Shown here one piece after another: positions 47,174-56,989 of a DNA stretch of 64,000 nucleotides (the first letter of the stretch is position 1; each line of letters begins with the position of its first letter). Where the stretch lies: contig JBBIJO010000003.1 of NCBI GenBank assembly GCA_037445895.1, positions 14,109-78,108 of the forward strand, written 5' to 3'. The position numbers were made by a program, and so were the translations under genes. Source of the DNA: Ignavibacteria bacterium (GTDB taxonomy: Bacteria > Bacteroidota > Ignavibacteria > Kapaibacteriales > UBA2268). The notes beneath the pieces are model-generated. The model ran no database searches and was not told the origin of the DNA. It was given only the letters and a program-made list of their open reading frames with translations.

Positions 47174-48787
47174 TTATATTGCAATTTTTGATTTCCTGAA
47201 TTTGAGCGCTGCTTTGATAAAACTTATGAACAGAGGAGCTCCGGTTACCGCTCGCGATTTGAGTTCAGGATGGAATTGTGTTCCAACAAACCAAGGATGA
47301 TCACTTAGTTCAATCATTTCGACGAGTTTACCATCGGGTGAAAGCCCGCTCATAACCATTCCATTTTGCTCTAACAATTCACGATACTTATTGTTTACTT
47401 CGTAGCGGTGTCTGTGTCTTTCATAAATCAGCTCCGAATTATATGCTTGGTGGGCAATTGTATGAGGTTGAATTGCACAGGGGTATTGTCCAAGCCGCAT
47501 TGTTCCGCCTTTGTTGCGTATGGATTTTTGCTCTTCCATTAAATCAATAACGTTATGGGAAACTTTTTTCTCGAATTCTGTTGAATTAGATTCTGGCAAA
47601 TTACAAACATTCCTGGCAAACTCGATTATTGCACACTGCAAACCGAGGCAGATTCCGAAGAAAGGTATTTTTCTTTCTCGAACAAATTTAATTGCATTGA
47701 TTTTACCTTCGATGCCTCTTTTCCCGAATCCTGGGCCTACAAGAATTCCATCCAGATGTCCGAGAAGTTCCTCGCAATTTTCTTCGGTGATTAACTCCGA
47801 GTCTATCAATTCAACATCGACAGCGGTATTATTTATCGAACCAGCATGAATAAAAGCTTCGAGTATGCTCTTGTATGAATCCCGATAGCGAACATATTTG
47901 CCAACAAGTCCAATTGTTACCTTATGTTGGGGGCTTTTAATTTTGCGAACGAAGGATTTCCACTCTTCAAAGTCAAGGCCGTTTGGTTTGATATTAAGTT
48001 TTCGTAATACTATACGGTCCATATTATGCCTTAACATAATTAGAGGAACTTCGTAGATTGTTTCGGCGTCGGGTAGGTCGATAACCGATTCTTCTTCGAC
48101 GTTACAGAATAAAGCAATTTTCGATTTGACGTCTTTCGAAAGTCGGGCTTCGCTACGGCATAAAATAATATCTGGAACAATCCCATGTTCCATTAAATCT
48201 TTAACCGAATGTTGGGTTGGTTTAGTTTTCAATTCTCCAGCACTTTTAATAAAAGGCACATAAGTGAGAATAATGTTTATTGCATTTTTTGAACCACGTT
48301 CGATAGCAAATTGACGAGCAGCTTCGAGGAATGGCAAAGATTCAATATCTCCAACAGTTCCGCCAATTTCAACAATTACGAACTGATATTTTCCATCGAA
48401 AACCGAAATCCTGCGTTTAATTTCATCGGTTATGTGGGGGATAACTTGCACAGTCTTTCCTAAATATTCTCCTTTTCTTTCTCTCATAATGACTGTGTAG
48501 TAAACTTGCCCTGCGGTAGTGTTATTGTCCTTATTTAAAGAGCAACCAAGAAATCGCTCGTAATGGCCTAAATCAAGATCTGTTTCTGCTCCGTCGTCTG
48601 TAACATAAACTTCGCCGTGTTGGAACGGATTCATTGTCCCGGGATCGACATTGATGTAAGGGTCTAATTTCATAATTGTGACAGAAAAACCACGTTGCTT
48701 TAAAAGCAAACCTAATGATGCTGCGGCTATCCCCTTCCCGAGCGATGAAACTACACCCCCATAAATAAAAATGTAATTCGTAATCAC
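47174..48787 (-). CDS. pyrG: CTP synthase.
   Basis: N-terminus YIFIYGGVVSSLGKGI. Glutamine amidotransferase triad region GICLGLQ. Product is 537 aa. Confidence 0.9.
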   Translation of the reverse strand: MITNYIFIYGGVVSSLGKGIAAASLGLLLKQRGFSVTIMKLDPYINVDPGTMNPFQHGEVYVTDDGAETDLDLGHYERFLGCSLNKDNNTTAGQVYYTVIMRERKGEYLGKTVQVIPHITDEIKRRISVFDGKYQFVIVEIGGTVGDIESLPFLEAARQFAIERGSKNAINIILTYVPFIKSAGELKTKPTQHSVKDLMEHGIVPDIILCRSEARLSKDVKSKIALFCNVEEESVIDLPDAETIYEVPLIMLRHNMDRIVLRKLNIKPNGLDFEEWKSFVRKIKSPQHKVTIGLVGKYVRYRDSYKSILEAFIHAGSINNTAVDVELIDSELITEENCEELLGHLDGILVGPGFGKRGIEGKINAIKFVRERKIPFFGICLGLQCAIIEFARNVCNLPESNSTEFEKKVSHNVIDLMEEQKSIRNKGGTMRLGQYPCAIQPHTIAHQAYNSELIYERHRHRYEVNNKYRELLEQNGMVMSGLSPDGKLVEMIELSDHPWFVGTQFHPELKSRAVTGAPLFISFIKAALKFRKSKIAI

Positions 48788-48835
48788 TTTCCTTTAATAT
48801 TTGTTTTTAAAATAAATTCAAATATAAAAAAGTAA

Positions 48836-48858
48836 GGGGTAGTTTTAAAGACTATCCC
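48836..48858 (-). terminator. Candidate intrinsic terminator downstream of leuD.
   Basis: ggggtagt-tttaaag-actatccc forms an 8-bp stem with one G-U pair. On the minus strand it is followed by a T-rich tract (ttacttttttatatttgaattt). Confidence 0.4.
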
Positions 48859-48869
48859 TAAATTAATTT

Positions 48870-49364
48870 TTACTTTTGCGATTGGAGAAGCAATTTCCTT
48901 GTGTAGGGAATTAATCCACCTGCTTCGATTATTGCTAAACGCGATTTGTGATGCGGAATCGTCTTAAATTCTTTCTTTATGGTTTTGTTAATAATCTTGT
49001 CGGACAAAAGTTCGAGTTCGTCACCAATGCTTGCTTCGATTTCCGGACAAATAATTGTTGACAATCCTAGATTAATGCTATTTTGGAGAAAAATCCTTGC
49101 GAAATTTTTTGCGACAACGCGTATATCGTAACCCTTCAAGGTGGACACTGCTTGTTCGCGCGAAGAACCACAACCAAAGTTTTTTCCTGCCACGATTACA
49201 TCTCCGGACTCGAACCTATTTTCGGTGAGTAGTTGATGTAGTTCTTTAATATCGCCAAATGCATATTGTGGAGTTTCGCTCGGCAGAACTGTTGCCATAT
49301 ATCGCCCTGGATAAATAATATCTGTTGAGACATCGTCACCGAGAACATATATTACTCGTGCCAT
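48870..49364 (-). CDS. leuD: 3-isopropylmalate/(R)-citramalate dehydratase small subunit (type-2, archaeal-like LeuD).
   Basis: 164 aa with MARVIYVLGDDVSTDIIYPGRY and GKNFGCGSSREQA. Confidence 0.8.
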   Translation of the reverse strand: MARVIYVLGDDVSTDIIYPGRYMATVLPSETPQYAFGDIKELHQLLTENRFESGDVIVAGKNFGCGSSREQAVSTLKGYDIRVVAKNFARIFLQNSINLGLSTIICPEIEASIGDELELLSDKIINKTIKKEFKTIPHHKSRLAIIEAGGLIPYTRKLLLQSQK

Positions 49365-49365
49365 A

Positions 49366-50655
49366 TTAGCCTCCTTTTTTAGGATTTGTAATATACCCTG
49401 TTAAAGCACTTGCAGCAGCCACACTTGGAGAGCAAAGGAAAACTTCCGAATTAGGATTTCCCATCCTTCCTTTGAAATTTCTATTTGTTGTCGATAGAGC
49501 AACTTCGCCGTCGCCTAAGGCTCCTTGGTGCACGCCGAGACAAGGTCCACATCCTGGATTTACGATTACTGCCCCTGATTCCATCAACTCATACAGATAG
49601 CCTTTTGCCATTGCTTCGCGATAAATACGTCCAGATGCAGGAAAGATAAGCATACGAACTCCCTTTGCTATCTTTTTCCCTTTAAGAATTTTGTATGCCG
49701 TTGCTATATCTTCTAGTCTTCCGTTTGTGCAAGAACCCAAAACTACCTGATTTATTTTTATTCCCTCCACATCGCTAATTGGTTTCACATTATCAACAGC
49801 GTGTGGACAAGCAATTTGGGGTTCTAGATTCGACCCATCTATATAAATTTCTTGGCAGTAGTGGGCATCTGGGTCAGGTTGGAATAATTCGATATCTTCT
49901 TGAACACCAGCAATTTCTTGCAGGTAGCGAATTGTTTCTTCGTCCGATGGAACAATACCCGAAGTTGCGCCTGCTTCAACAGCCATATTACAAATTGTTA
50001 ATCTTCCGGACATACTCATTATTTTGATTGTTTCGCCGTGAAACTCAATGACTTTATAATTGGCTCCTTCTGCTCCCAAAATACCTATTATACGAAGAAT
50101 CAAGTCTTTTGGTTCAACGAAGTCTTGAAAATTTCCGTTTACAACTATTTTGATTGTTTCGGGAACTTCGACGTTCAGAATTCTGCCAATAGCCCAAACA
50201 GATGCCATTTCGGTTGCTCCAATTCCGAAAGCAAAAGAGCCTAAAGCTCCGTGGCTTGTCGTATGGCTATCGGTTCCAACAACAACGTAACCAGGTCGGA
50301 CGTAGCCATATTCAGGTAAAATCTGATGGCAAATTCCCATCTCGTTGCCGCGAATATCGTGAAACTTAGTAATTTTTTGTTGTTCTATGAATTCTCTGAC
50401 TTTTTTCTGATTGGAGGCGGTTTTTGAACTTTCTGCTGGGACTCGATGGTCGAAAATAATTGCAATTTTTTGTGGATTCCACACCCGAGGTTCAAGATTT
50501 GTTCCCCTATAAATTTCTAAAAATTGATTAATAACAAGTGCTGCATTTTCGTGCGACATAGCTAAATCAATACGAGGTTCAACAATGTCTCCGACTTGAA
50601 CCTCGTTTGTTCCGATTGCGCGACTTAATATCTTTTGGACAACTGTTTGTTTCAT
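49366..50655 (-). CDS. leuC: 3-isopropylmalate/homoaconitate dehydratase large subunit (type-2 LeuC, aconitase family).
   Basis: 429 aa. Aconitase-family Fe-S ligands GSCTNGR and VNPGCGPCLG. N-terminus QKILSRA...IDLAMSHE. Confidence 0.8.
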   Translation of the reverse strand: MKQTVVQKILSRAIGTNEVQVGDIVEPRIDLAMSHENAALVINQFLEIYRGTNLEPRVWNPQKIAIIFDHRVPAESSKTASNQKKVREFIEQQKITKFHDIRGNEMGICHQILPEYGYVRPGYVVVGTDSHTTSHGALGSFAFGIGATEMASVWAIGRILNVEVPETIKIVVNGNFQDFVEPKDLILRIIGILGAEGANYKVIEFHGETIKIMSMSGRLTICNMAVEAGATSGIVPSDEETIRYLQEIAGVQEDIELFQPDPDAHYCQEIYIDGSNLEPQIACPHAVDNVKPISDVEGIKINQVVLGSCTNGRLEDIATAYKILKGKKIAKGVRMLIFPASGRIYREAMAKGYLYELMESGAVIVNPGCGPCLGVHQGALGDGEVALSTTNRNFKGRMGNPNSEVFLCSPSVAAASALTGYITNPKKGG

Positions 50656-50669
50656 CTTTGTATTCCTTA

Positions 50670-51863
50670 TTAAACTACACCTTCTTTGCGTAAAAGTGCA
50701 AATTCATTTTTATCAATACCAATTAATGCGAGAATTTCTTCTGTGTGTTGCGATAGCTTTGGTGGGGAAGTTTGGACCATTCCAGGTGTTTTTTCAAATT
50801 TTGCAGTCATATTGAAGACTTGGATTTCGCCGATTCCTTCTACTTCGACCGTAGCGAATGTATTACGATGCCGAATTTGTTGCTGATTCAACGCAGACTC
50901 GAGAGAAAGTATTTCCCCCGCTGGAATACCATTTTTATTCAGTAGTTCAACCCAAATGGAAGTTGGTTTTTCCATTAATTTTTTTTCTATTAGTGGGTTT
51001 AATTCGTAACGATTTTTTTTCCGAATATCTCTTTCTTTGAATCTTGTATCTTCTTTAAGATGCGACAATCCAAGCAAATCGGCAAGGGTTTCCCATTGTT
51101 CTTGTTTGTTGGCTGCGATGTTGATGTATCCATCGAGGGTTTTGAACGTCCCCGATGGGGCTGCGGTAAAATTATCGTTGCCGAGCAACTCTGGGTGCTG
51201 TCTTCCAAGCATAAGGTTTGCGACAACCCAACCGAGAAGAGGCATAATGGAATCGAGTAGAGCAATGTCGATAAACTGACCTTCGCCGGTTTTTTCGCGA
51301 TAGAAAAGAGCGGCAACAGTAGCAAATGCAGCGTTTAGTCCCCCGACTGTATCGCAAACAGGGAAACCGCATCGTAATGGATTCAATCGTTTGTCGCCAT
51401 TGATTGCCATTACGCCGCTTAGACCCTGAATGATTTGATCGTAAGCGGGCTTAAATGCATCGGGGCCTGTTTGCCCAAACCCCGAAATTGCGCAATAAAT
51501 TAAACGAGGATTAATTATTTTTAACGCATTGTATCCAATTCCCAGGCGTTCCATAACACCAGGCCGAAAATTTTCAACAACAACATCGGAAATTTTCACA
51601 AGTTTCCGAAAGATTTCCTTGCCACGTTCATCTTTTAAATTTAGCGTAACAGATTTTTTGTTTGAATTTTGAGCAAGGAAACTAGTCCCCATCAACATTT
51701 TGTTGTATTCTGTAACACAGCCAAGTTTGCGTGCAAGGTCTCCTTCGGTTGGATTTTCAATTTTGATAACTTCGGCTCCGAGCCAAGCTAAATGCAAAGT
51801 AGCAAAAGGTCCCGACAATACATTCGTTAAATCAAGAACCCTTATTCCTTCGAGTATTTTCAT
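50670..51863 (-). CDS. Family III CoA-transferase (CaiB/BaiF family).
   Basis: N-terminus MKILEGIRVLDLTNVLSGPFATLHLAWLGAEVIKIE is diagnostic for the family. Product is 397 aa. Confidence 0.75.
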   Translation of the reverse strand: MKILEGIRVLDLTNVLSGPFATLHLAWLGAEVIKIENPTEGDLARKLGCVTEYNKMLMGTSFLAQNSNKKSVTLNLKDERGKEIFRKLVKISDVVVENFRPGVMERLGIGYNALKIINPRLIYCAISGFGQTGPDAFKPAYDQIIQGLSGVMAINGDKRLNPLRCGFPVCDTVGGLNAAFATVAALFYREKTGEGQFIDIALLDSIMPLLGWVVANLMLGRQHPELLGNDNFTAAPSGTFKTLDGYINIAANKQEQWETLADLLGLSHLKEDTRFKERDIRKKNRYELNPLIEKKLMEKPTSIWVELLNKNGIPAGEILSLESALNQQQIRHRNTFATVEVEGIGEIQVFNMTAKFEKTPGMVQTSPPKLSQHTEEILALIGIDKNEFALLRKEGVV

Positions 51864-52761
51864 TTTCCCTCTTAGTTTTATAAATATACCCAGGTAAATC
51901 TTTTATAAAAAAACCACTTGCATATTTTGAAACGGCAATGATTTTCGAAATATCGATATCTTGGCGAAATCCCATTCTTTGAAGCATAAATACAAAATCT
52001 TCGGTGCAAACATTCCCAGCAGGTTGCTTGGTGAAAGGACAACCCCCCAATCCCCCAAAAGCGGTTTCGACATATCGAACGCCTAATTTCAGTGCAGTAT
52101 AAACATTTAATAGTCCCATACCATAAGTGTTATGGAAATGACAAGCAAATTGAGCATTTGGGTTCATCTCCATCAGTTTAGCATACATACGCTCGACTTT
52201 GGTTGGGTATGCCATTCCTGCAGTGTCGGCAAGACTGATGTTTTGTATCCCATTTTTAAAATACTCTTCGACAATTTGGAATACTCGTTTTTCTGGTATC
52301 TCGCCTTCGAAACCACAACCGAAAGCCGATTGAACCGAGACTTGAAGCTTCTTTCCTTCTTTCTTAACAACTTTTGCCATTTCGAGAATTCTGTCTAATG
52401 CCTGCAACGATGTCATTCCAGTATTTTTCGATGAATGTGTATCGCTTGCAGAAACACCCATACATATCATATCAACATTTACTGCCAAGGCTCGTTCCAA
52501 GCCCTTTTCATTAAGAACAAGGGCAGAGAAAATAGGCTTTTGCGGTTCAGCTTTGGTTCGAGAGAATAACTCGAACAAATCGTCTGTGTCTGCCATTTGA
52601 GGGACTTTTTGGGGATTGACAAACGAACCGAGTTGAATTATATCGATGTTTGATTGAATTAATAATTTAACCCATTCTTCCTTTGTAATTGTTGGAACCG
52701 GTTCGCTTTCCATTTGTAAGCCATCTCGCAGCCCAACCTCGTGAATTATCACTTTTTCCAT
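51832..52761 (-). CDS. HMG-CoA-lyase-like (DRE-TIM metallolyase) enzyme. Candidate hydroxymethylglutaryl-CoA or citramalyl-CoA lyase.
   Basis: N-terminus IIHEVGLRDGLQ (compare EVGPRDGLQ of HMG-CoA lyases). Product is 309 aa. The 3' end overlaps the CoA-transferase start by 32 nt. Confidence 0.7.
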   Translation of the reverse strand: MEKVIIHEVGLRDGLQMESEPVPTITKEEWVKLLIQSNIDIIQLGSFVNPQKVPQMADTDDLFELFSRTKAEPQKPIFSALVLNEKGLERALAVNVDMICMGVSASDTHSSKNTGMTSLQALDRILEMAKVVKKEGKKLQVSVQSAFGCGFEGEIPEKRVFQIVEEYFKNGIQNISLADTAGMAYPTKVERMYAKLMEMNPNAQFACHFHNTYGMGLLNVYTALKLGVRYVETAFGGLGGCPFTKQPAGNVCTEDFVFMLQRMGFRQDIDISKIIAVSKYASGFFIKDLPGYIYKTKRENENTRRNKGS

Positions 52762-52776
52762 AAAAGCTCTGCATTA

Positions 52777-53910
52777 TTAGATGTAATTGGCTATTGCTTG
52801 TGCCATTTCTATGGTTGTGTTCGAACCTCCCATATCGTAGGTTCGAATCTTTCCATCTTCAATAACCCTTGCAACTGCATTTTCAATTTGCTGGGCTTTT
52901 TCGGTTTCTCCGAGCCATTCCAACATCATTTTTGCAGCAAGGATTGTTGCCGTTGGGTTGACTTTATACATTCCGGCATATTTGGGTGCCGAACCATGCG
53001 TTGGTTCAAACACTGCGAGTTTTTCTCCGATATTTCCTGAACAGCCGAAACCAAGGCCACCTACCATTTGGGCGCACAAATCAGAAATAATATCGCCATA
53101 TAAATTTGGAGCAACTAAAACTTCGTAATTCAGTGGATTTTTTAGTAACCACATTGTTATTGCATCGACATTTGCTTCGTCTGCTTCAATTTCGGGATAA
53201 TCGCGGGCTACCTCGCGTGCTATTTCGAGGAACAAACCATCGCTTGCTCGAACAACATTCGCTTTATGAATAATAGTAACTTTTTTATGTCCAAATTGCT
53301 TTGCATATTCAAATGCTGAACGAACTATCTTTTCGGAAGATTTCTTTGTGTTGATTTTACAGGAAATTGCAAATTCATCTGAATTCAGTTTGGCGAAAGG
53401 AGTAAAATTAGGCGATAACTTTGTCAATGTGGATTTTAGTTCTTCGGGAACGGGATTGAATTCTACCCCAGCATATAAATCCTCGGTGTTTTCGCGAAAA
53501 ACAACTAAATTAATGTTTTCCTTATAATTCAACGGATTACCTTTGTATGCTTTGCAAGGGCGTAAGCATACATAAAGATTAAACATTTGTCGCATTCTGA
53601 CAATCGGCGAACGGTAGATTAATCCTTTTCCACGAAGTTCAGGGCGAAGTTCCGATTCGGCGGATTTCACAGGTTTGGATGTGATAGCACCAAAAAGTGC
53701 GGCGTCGACGTTTCTCAGTAGTTCGATTGTTCGTTGGGGTAGGGCATCGCCTTCGTTACACCAGAACTCCCAACCAATATCTCCGTGGATGTAATTGGCG
53801 TTGAGTTTAACTTTTTCGAGAACTATTTTGGTTGACTCCATAACGTCGTTGCCAACACCATCGCCCGGAAGCCAAGCAATTCGGTAGTGATTTTTCTTTT
53901 GACTAGCCAT
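52777..53910 (-). CDS. Isocitrate/isopropylmalate dehydrogenase family protein (beta-decarboxylating dehydrogenase).
   Basis: IAWLPGDGVGNDV and NLYGDIISDLCAQMVGGLGFGCSGNIG motifs. The call is at family level. LeuB versus IDH versus homoisocitrate DH cannot be decided by eye. Confidence 0.7.
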   Translation of the reverse strand: MASQKKNHYRIAWLPGDGVGNDVMESTKIVLEKVKLNANYIHGDIGWEFWCNEGDALPQRTIELLRNVDAALFGAITSKPVKSAESELRPELRGKGLIYRSPIVRMRQMFNLYVCLRPCKAYKGNPLNYKENINLVVFRENTEDLYAGVEFNPVPEELKSTLTKLSPNFTPFAKLNSDEFAISCKINTKKSSEKIVRSAFEYAKQFGHKKVTIIHKANVVRASDGLFLEIAREVARDYPEIEADEANVDAITMWLLKNPLNYEVLVAPNLYGDIISDLCAQMVGGLGFGCSGNIGEKLAVFEPTHGSAPKYAGMYKVNPTATILAAKMMLEWLGETEKAQQIENAVARVIEDGKIRTYDMGGSNTTIEMAQAIANYI

Positions 53911-54043
53911 AATTCTTTTATTTTTCTGTTGAACAAGAGCAACACAAAATTACTCAAAAATCACCTCTAAAGCAAAGGTAGCCGAACATTGAAAATCCCT
54001 TGCAGAATATCTTTCCTTTATCTTAATTTACATTTTTTGAAAT

Positions 54044-55720
54044 TTGGATATGGAAAAAAAAGTAAAAGGCAAACCCAAACGTTTCTTTTTTAAGGAAACA
54101 ATTATAATTGCATTGGCATTATTTGTGCTTTATTTCCCGTCTCTAAAGTATCAATTCGTATGGGACGATAAAGAAATTTATATTAACGAAGTAAATTTAC
54201 CACGAACGGAAACCATTTCGGCAATTCCAAACTATTTCGTGCCTAAAAAAGACAAGATGTATATTCCAATTACTTATACTTTTTGGAACATAATATTCAA
54301 TATTGAGAGCACCGACGATAGAGTTTACAATCCATATTCATTTCATTTTTTCAATTTGGTTTTGCACATAATAAACTCGATACTTATCTTTTTAGTGTTG
54401 TTACGACTGTTAGGCTCACGTAGGTTTGCTTTTTTTGGAGCGATGGTTTTTGCTTTACATCCAATACAAGTGGAATCGGTCGCTTGGATTTCCGAAGCTC
54501 GAGGCTTGCTTGCGGGAACATTTGGATTTTCTGCAATGCTTTTATACTTAAAAAACAAAATAGGTCCATTTCGCAATTACTTAATTCCTCTGCTTTTGCT
54601 TTGTTCGATGTTATCGAAGCCGAGTGGAATTGTTTTTCCATTGATTTTAATAGCACTTGATGGTTATTTAAATGGTTTTACACCGTTCAAAAAGCTTTTA
54701 CAGCGTAATATTTTCATATTGATTCTTGTGATACCGTTTATTCTTTTGGCAATGTATGGTGAATCGAGTCGGACAATTGAGTTTTCCGCTCCAATGTGGA
54801 TACGCCCCCTTTTGTGGCTAAACGCAATAGGATTTTATTTGTTTAAAATTTTTATTCCAATAAACTTTTCTGCGTGTTATGGTCTGACATATAGTTATTT
54901 AGTGGCCAACGTATTCAACTTTTTCGCAATATTAATTTTTGTTGGCGTTTTGTTTGTAATGGTTCTTTTGAAAAAAAAGGAATTTTGGTTTGCGATGATA
55001 ATTTTTGTTTTGGGATTTCTCCCAGTATCAAATCTTCTAACCTACTATTATCAATACTGGTCGACAGTGTCGGATAGATATGTTTATTTTTCGATGTTTG
55101 CAATTGCATTTGGTCTTTCTTTTATTGTTAAAGAATACTTTAGCAAGTATTTCTATTATATTTTTGGTATTGTTGGAATAATTTTGTTCTTTTTTTCTAA
55201 AATCGAGTTGCCAAAATGGGAGAATGAAAGAACTTTATGGAGTGATTGTATCGAAAAATACCCTAATCGCATTCCACATCCTTATTTAGGACAAGGACTA
55301 ATATTCCAAAACGACGGGAACTATCCAAGAGCTCTCGACTATTACAATAAAGCTATTGAGTTGGATTCAAATTATTACTTTGGTTATTACAATCGTGGAA
55401 ATTTATACTATGACTTAAAGCAGTTCACTAAGGCAATCGAAGACTATTCGAGAGTTCTAAAAATTAACACTAAATATCTTAATGCCTATGTAAATCGTGG
55501 ATTATGCTTGATGAATCTCGGACAATACGAGGAAGCAATAATCGATTTTACAAAGGCAATAGAATTGGATTCTAAGCAATTTGATGTTTACTATGAACGT
55601 GCTAATTGTTTTATCGAAATTGGGATGAAAGAGAAAGCTGTCGAGGATTTGAAATTTTGTTTGAAACTTAATCCAAATTTTGAACAAGCAAAATCACTTT
55701 TGTATAAAACCTTGAAGTAA
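54044..55720 (+). CDS. Polytopic membrane protein with C-terminal TPR repeats (TMTC/PMT_2-like putative glycosyltransferase).
   Basis: Around 10 TM helices over 380 aa, then 4-5 TPR units (YFGYYNRGNLYY, AYVNRGLCLMNLGQYEEAI, VYYERANCFIEIG). Confidence 0.55.
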   Translation: MDMEKKVKGKPKRFFFKETIIIALALFVLYFPSLKYQFVWDDKEIYINEVNLPRTETISAIPNYFVPKKDKMYIPITYTFWNIIFNIESTDDRVYNPYSFHFFNLVLHIINSILIFLVLLRLLGSRRFAFFGAMVFALHPIQVESVAWISEARGLLAGTFGFSAMLLYLKNKIGPFRNYLIPLLLLCSMLSKPSGIVFPLILIALDGYLNGFTPFKKLLQRNIFILILVIPFILLAMYGESSRTIEFSAPMWIRPLLWLNAIGFYLFKIFIPINFSACYGLTYSYLVANVFNFFAILIFVGVLFVMVLLKKKEFWFAMIIFVLGFLPVSNLLTYYYQYWSTVSDRYVYFSMFAIAFGLSFIVKEYFSKYFYYIFGIVGIILFFFSKIELPKWENERTLWSDCIEKYPNRIPHPYLGQGLIFQNDGNYPRALDYYNKAIELDSNYYFGYYNRGNLYYDLKQFTKAIEDYSRVLKINTKYLNAYVNRGLCLMNLGQYEEAIIDFTKAIELDSKQFDVYYERANCFIEIGMKEKAVEDLKFCLKLNPNFEQAKSLLYKTLK

Positions 55721-55810
55721 GTGAGTATTCTAAAATATGCGAGTAAAGATAGCAGTCGTTGGAAAAATTTTTGTAAGTTGCTTTTTGTAAATTCATTTTT
55801 TGGAGTCAAT

Positions 55811-56023
55811 ATGAAAAAGAATATGGGGTCTTTCGACCGCACGCTGCGGATTATTTTAGCTATTGCTCTCGCAGTGTTAATTGCGTTGGGTCAGATCAAA
55901 GGCATATCCATAATAATTTTTGGAATTGTTGCGATAATTTTCATTGTTACAGGAATTATCGGAATTTGCCCACTTTATTTCCCGTTTAAAATTAACACAG
56001 CCAAAAGAGAAGATAAACGCTAA
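55811..56023 (+). CDS. DUF2892 (YgaP-like) small membrane protein.
   Basis: 70 aa. FDRTLRIILAIAL...GIIGICPLY matches the DUF2892 signature. RBS TGGAG. Confidence 0.6.
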   Translation: MKKNMGSFDRTLRIILAIALAVLIALGQIKGISIIIFGIVAIIFIVTGIIGICPLYFPFKINTAKREDKR

Positions 56024-56067
56024 AGATTAATATAGTGACTAGAGTTATTCTCGCACTCTTATTTGGC

Positions 56068-56799
56068 TTAATTTAAACAGGCATTAAACAAAAGGACAAG
56101 CCCAATAATCAGAAGCAAAATATAAACATACTTTACGAATTTTTCCTGTGGTATTCTTGCGTTGAGTATATTGCCAACGTAAATACTTAAGATTACAAGC
56201 GGTAATGATAGTAAAAAAAGTATCCCAACTTGTTCTGTCCACAGTCCGGCAATACCTTGTCCAGCGATAATGAATAAGTTTGTTGGGAGGAAAATCCCTT
56301 GTAGAATGGTTCTAAAGCGTTCGGATTCCCAACGGCGAAGAGTTCCGTAAATTATTATTGGAGGTCCATTCGAATTGTATGCCCCGCCAAGGATACCAGA
56401 AAATAGTCCAAAAATAGGCGAGTACTTGTCTGTTTTTAACTCGAAAAGTTGTGGATTAAATAGCTTAAATAATGAGAATGCTATTAGAATGATAGCAAGG
56501 ACACCTTTTACAAGTGTTTCGTTCGTTCCTTTAAGGAAAGTTAAGCCTATTGGGATTCCAATAATAGTAGAAATCAGGATTCTTTTAAAGCCTGTAATTT
56601 TCGGTGATTTCCTTTCTTGTAACACAATCCAAATTGCTACGGCTAATGATATGAAGGCAGAAAGAGGCGCAGCGGTTTTAACTCCAATAACTAATGTAAG
56701 CAATGGCATTGCAATTAAGGCATCACCAAATCCAAAGGTTGCCCTCAGAATAGTGGATATAAGAATTATGAGTAGTATTATTATGTATTCGCTCGACAT
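56068..56799 (-). CDS. TauE/SafE-family sulfite/anion exporter.
   Basis: 243 aa with 7-8 TM helices. N-terminus ILRATFGFGDALIAMPLL and an internal repeat typical of TauE/SafE. Confidence 0.7.
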   Translation of the reverse strand: MSSEYIIILLIILISTILRATFGFGDALIAMPLLTLVIGVKTAAPLSAFISLAVAIWIVLQERKSPKITGFKRILISTIIGIPIGLTFLKGTNETLVKGVLAIILIAFSLFKLFNPQLFELKTDKYSPIFGLFSGILGGAYNSNGPPIIIYGTLRRWESERFRTILQGIFLPTNLFIIAGQGIAGLWTEQVGILFLLSLPLVILSIYVGNILNARIPQEKFVKYVYILLLIIGLVLLFNACLN

Positions 56800-56989
56800 T
56801 AAAAGTAATCGCCACAGTTACGTTATAAAACTCCAAAATTATTGATTTTTTGATAAAGTGTTTGGTATTAGCTGTGAAATGGACAAAAAATTAAATTTTT
56901 GAAGACAAAAGAAGGCAATGGTTATGTTATTAAGCAAACGAGTAAACGTTAGATGGAGGATTCTCCAAAAATGAATCCCCCAAACGTTG

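Noticed and set aside
56800-56989. Possible hairpin GGATTC-tccaaaaat-GAATCC downstream of glyA.
   Set aside because: The stem is only 6 bp with a 9-nt loop and has no adjacent T-tract on the minus strand. It is too weak to call a terminator.
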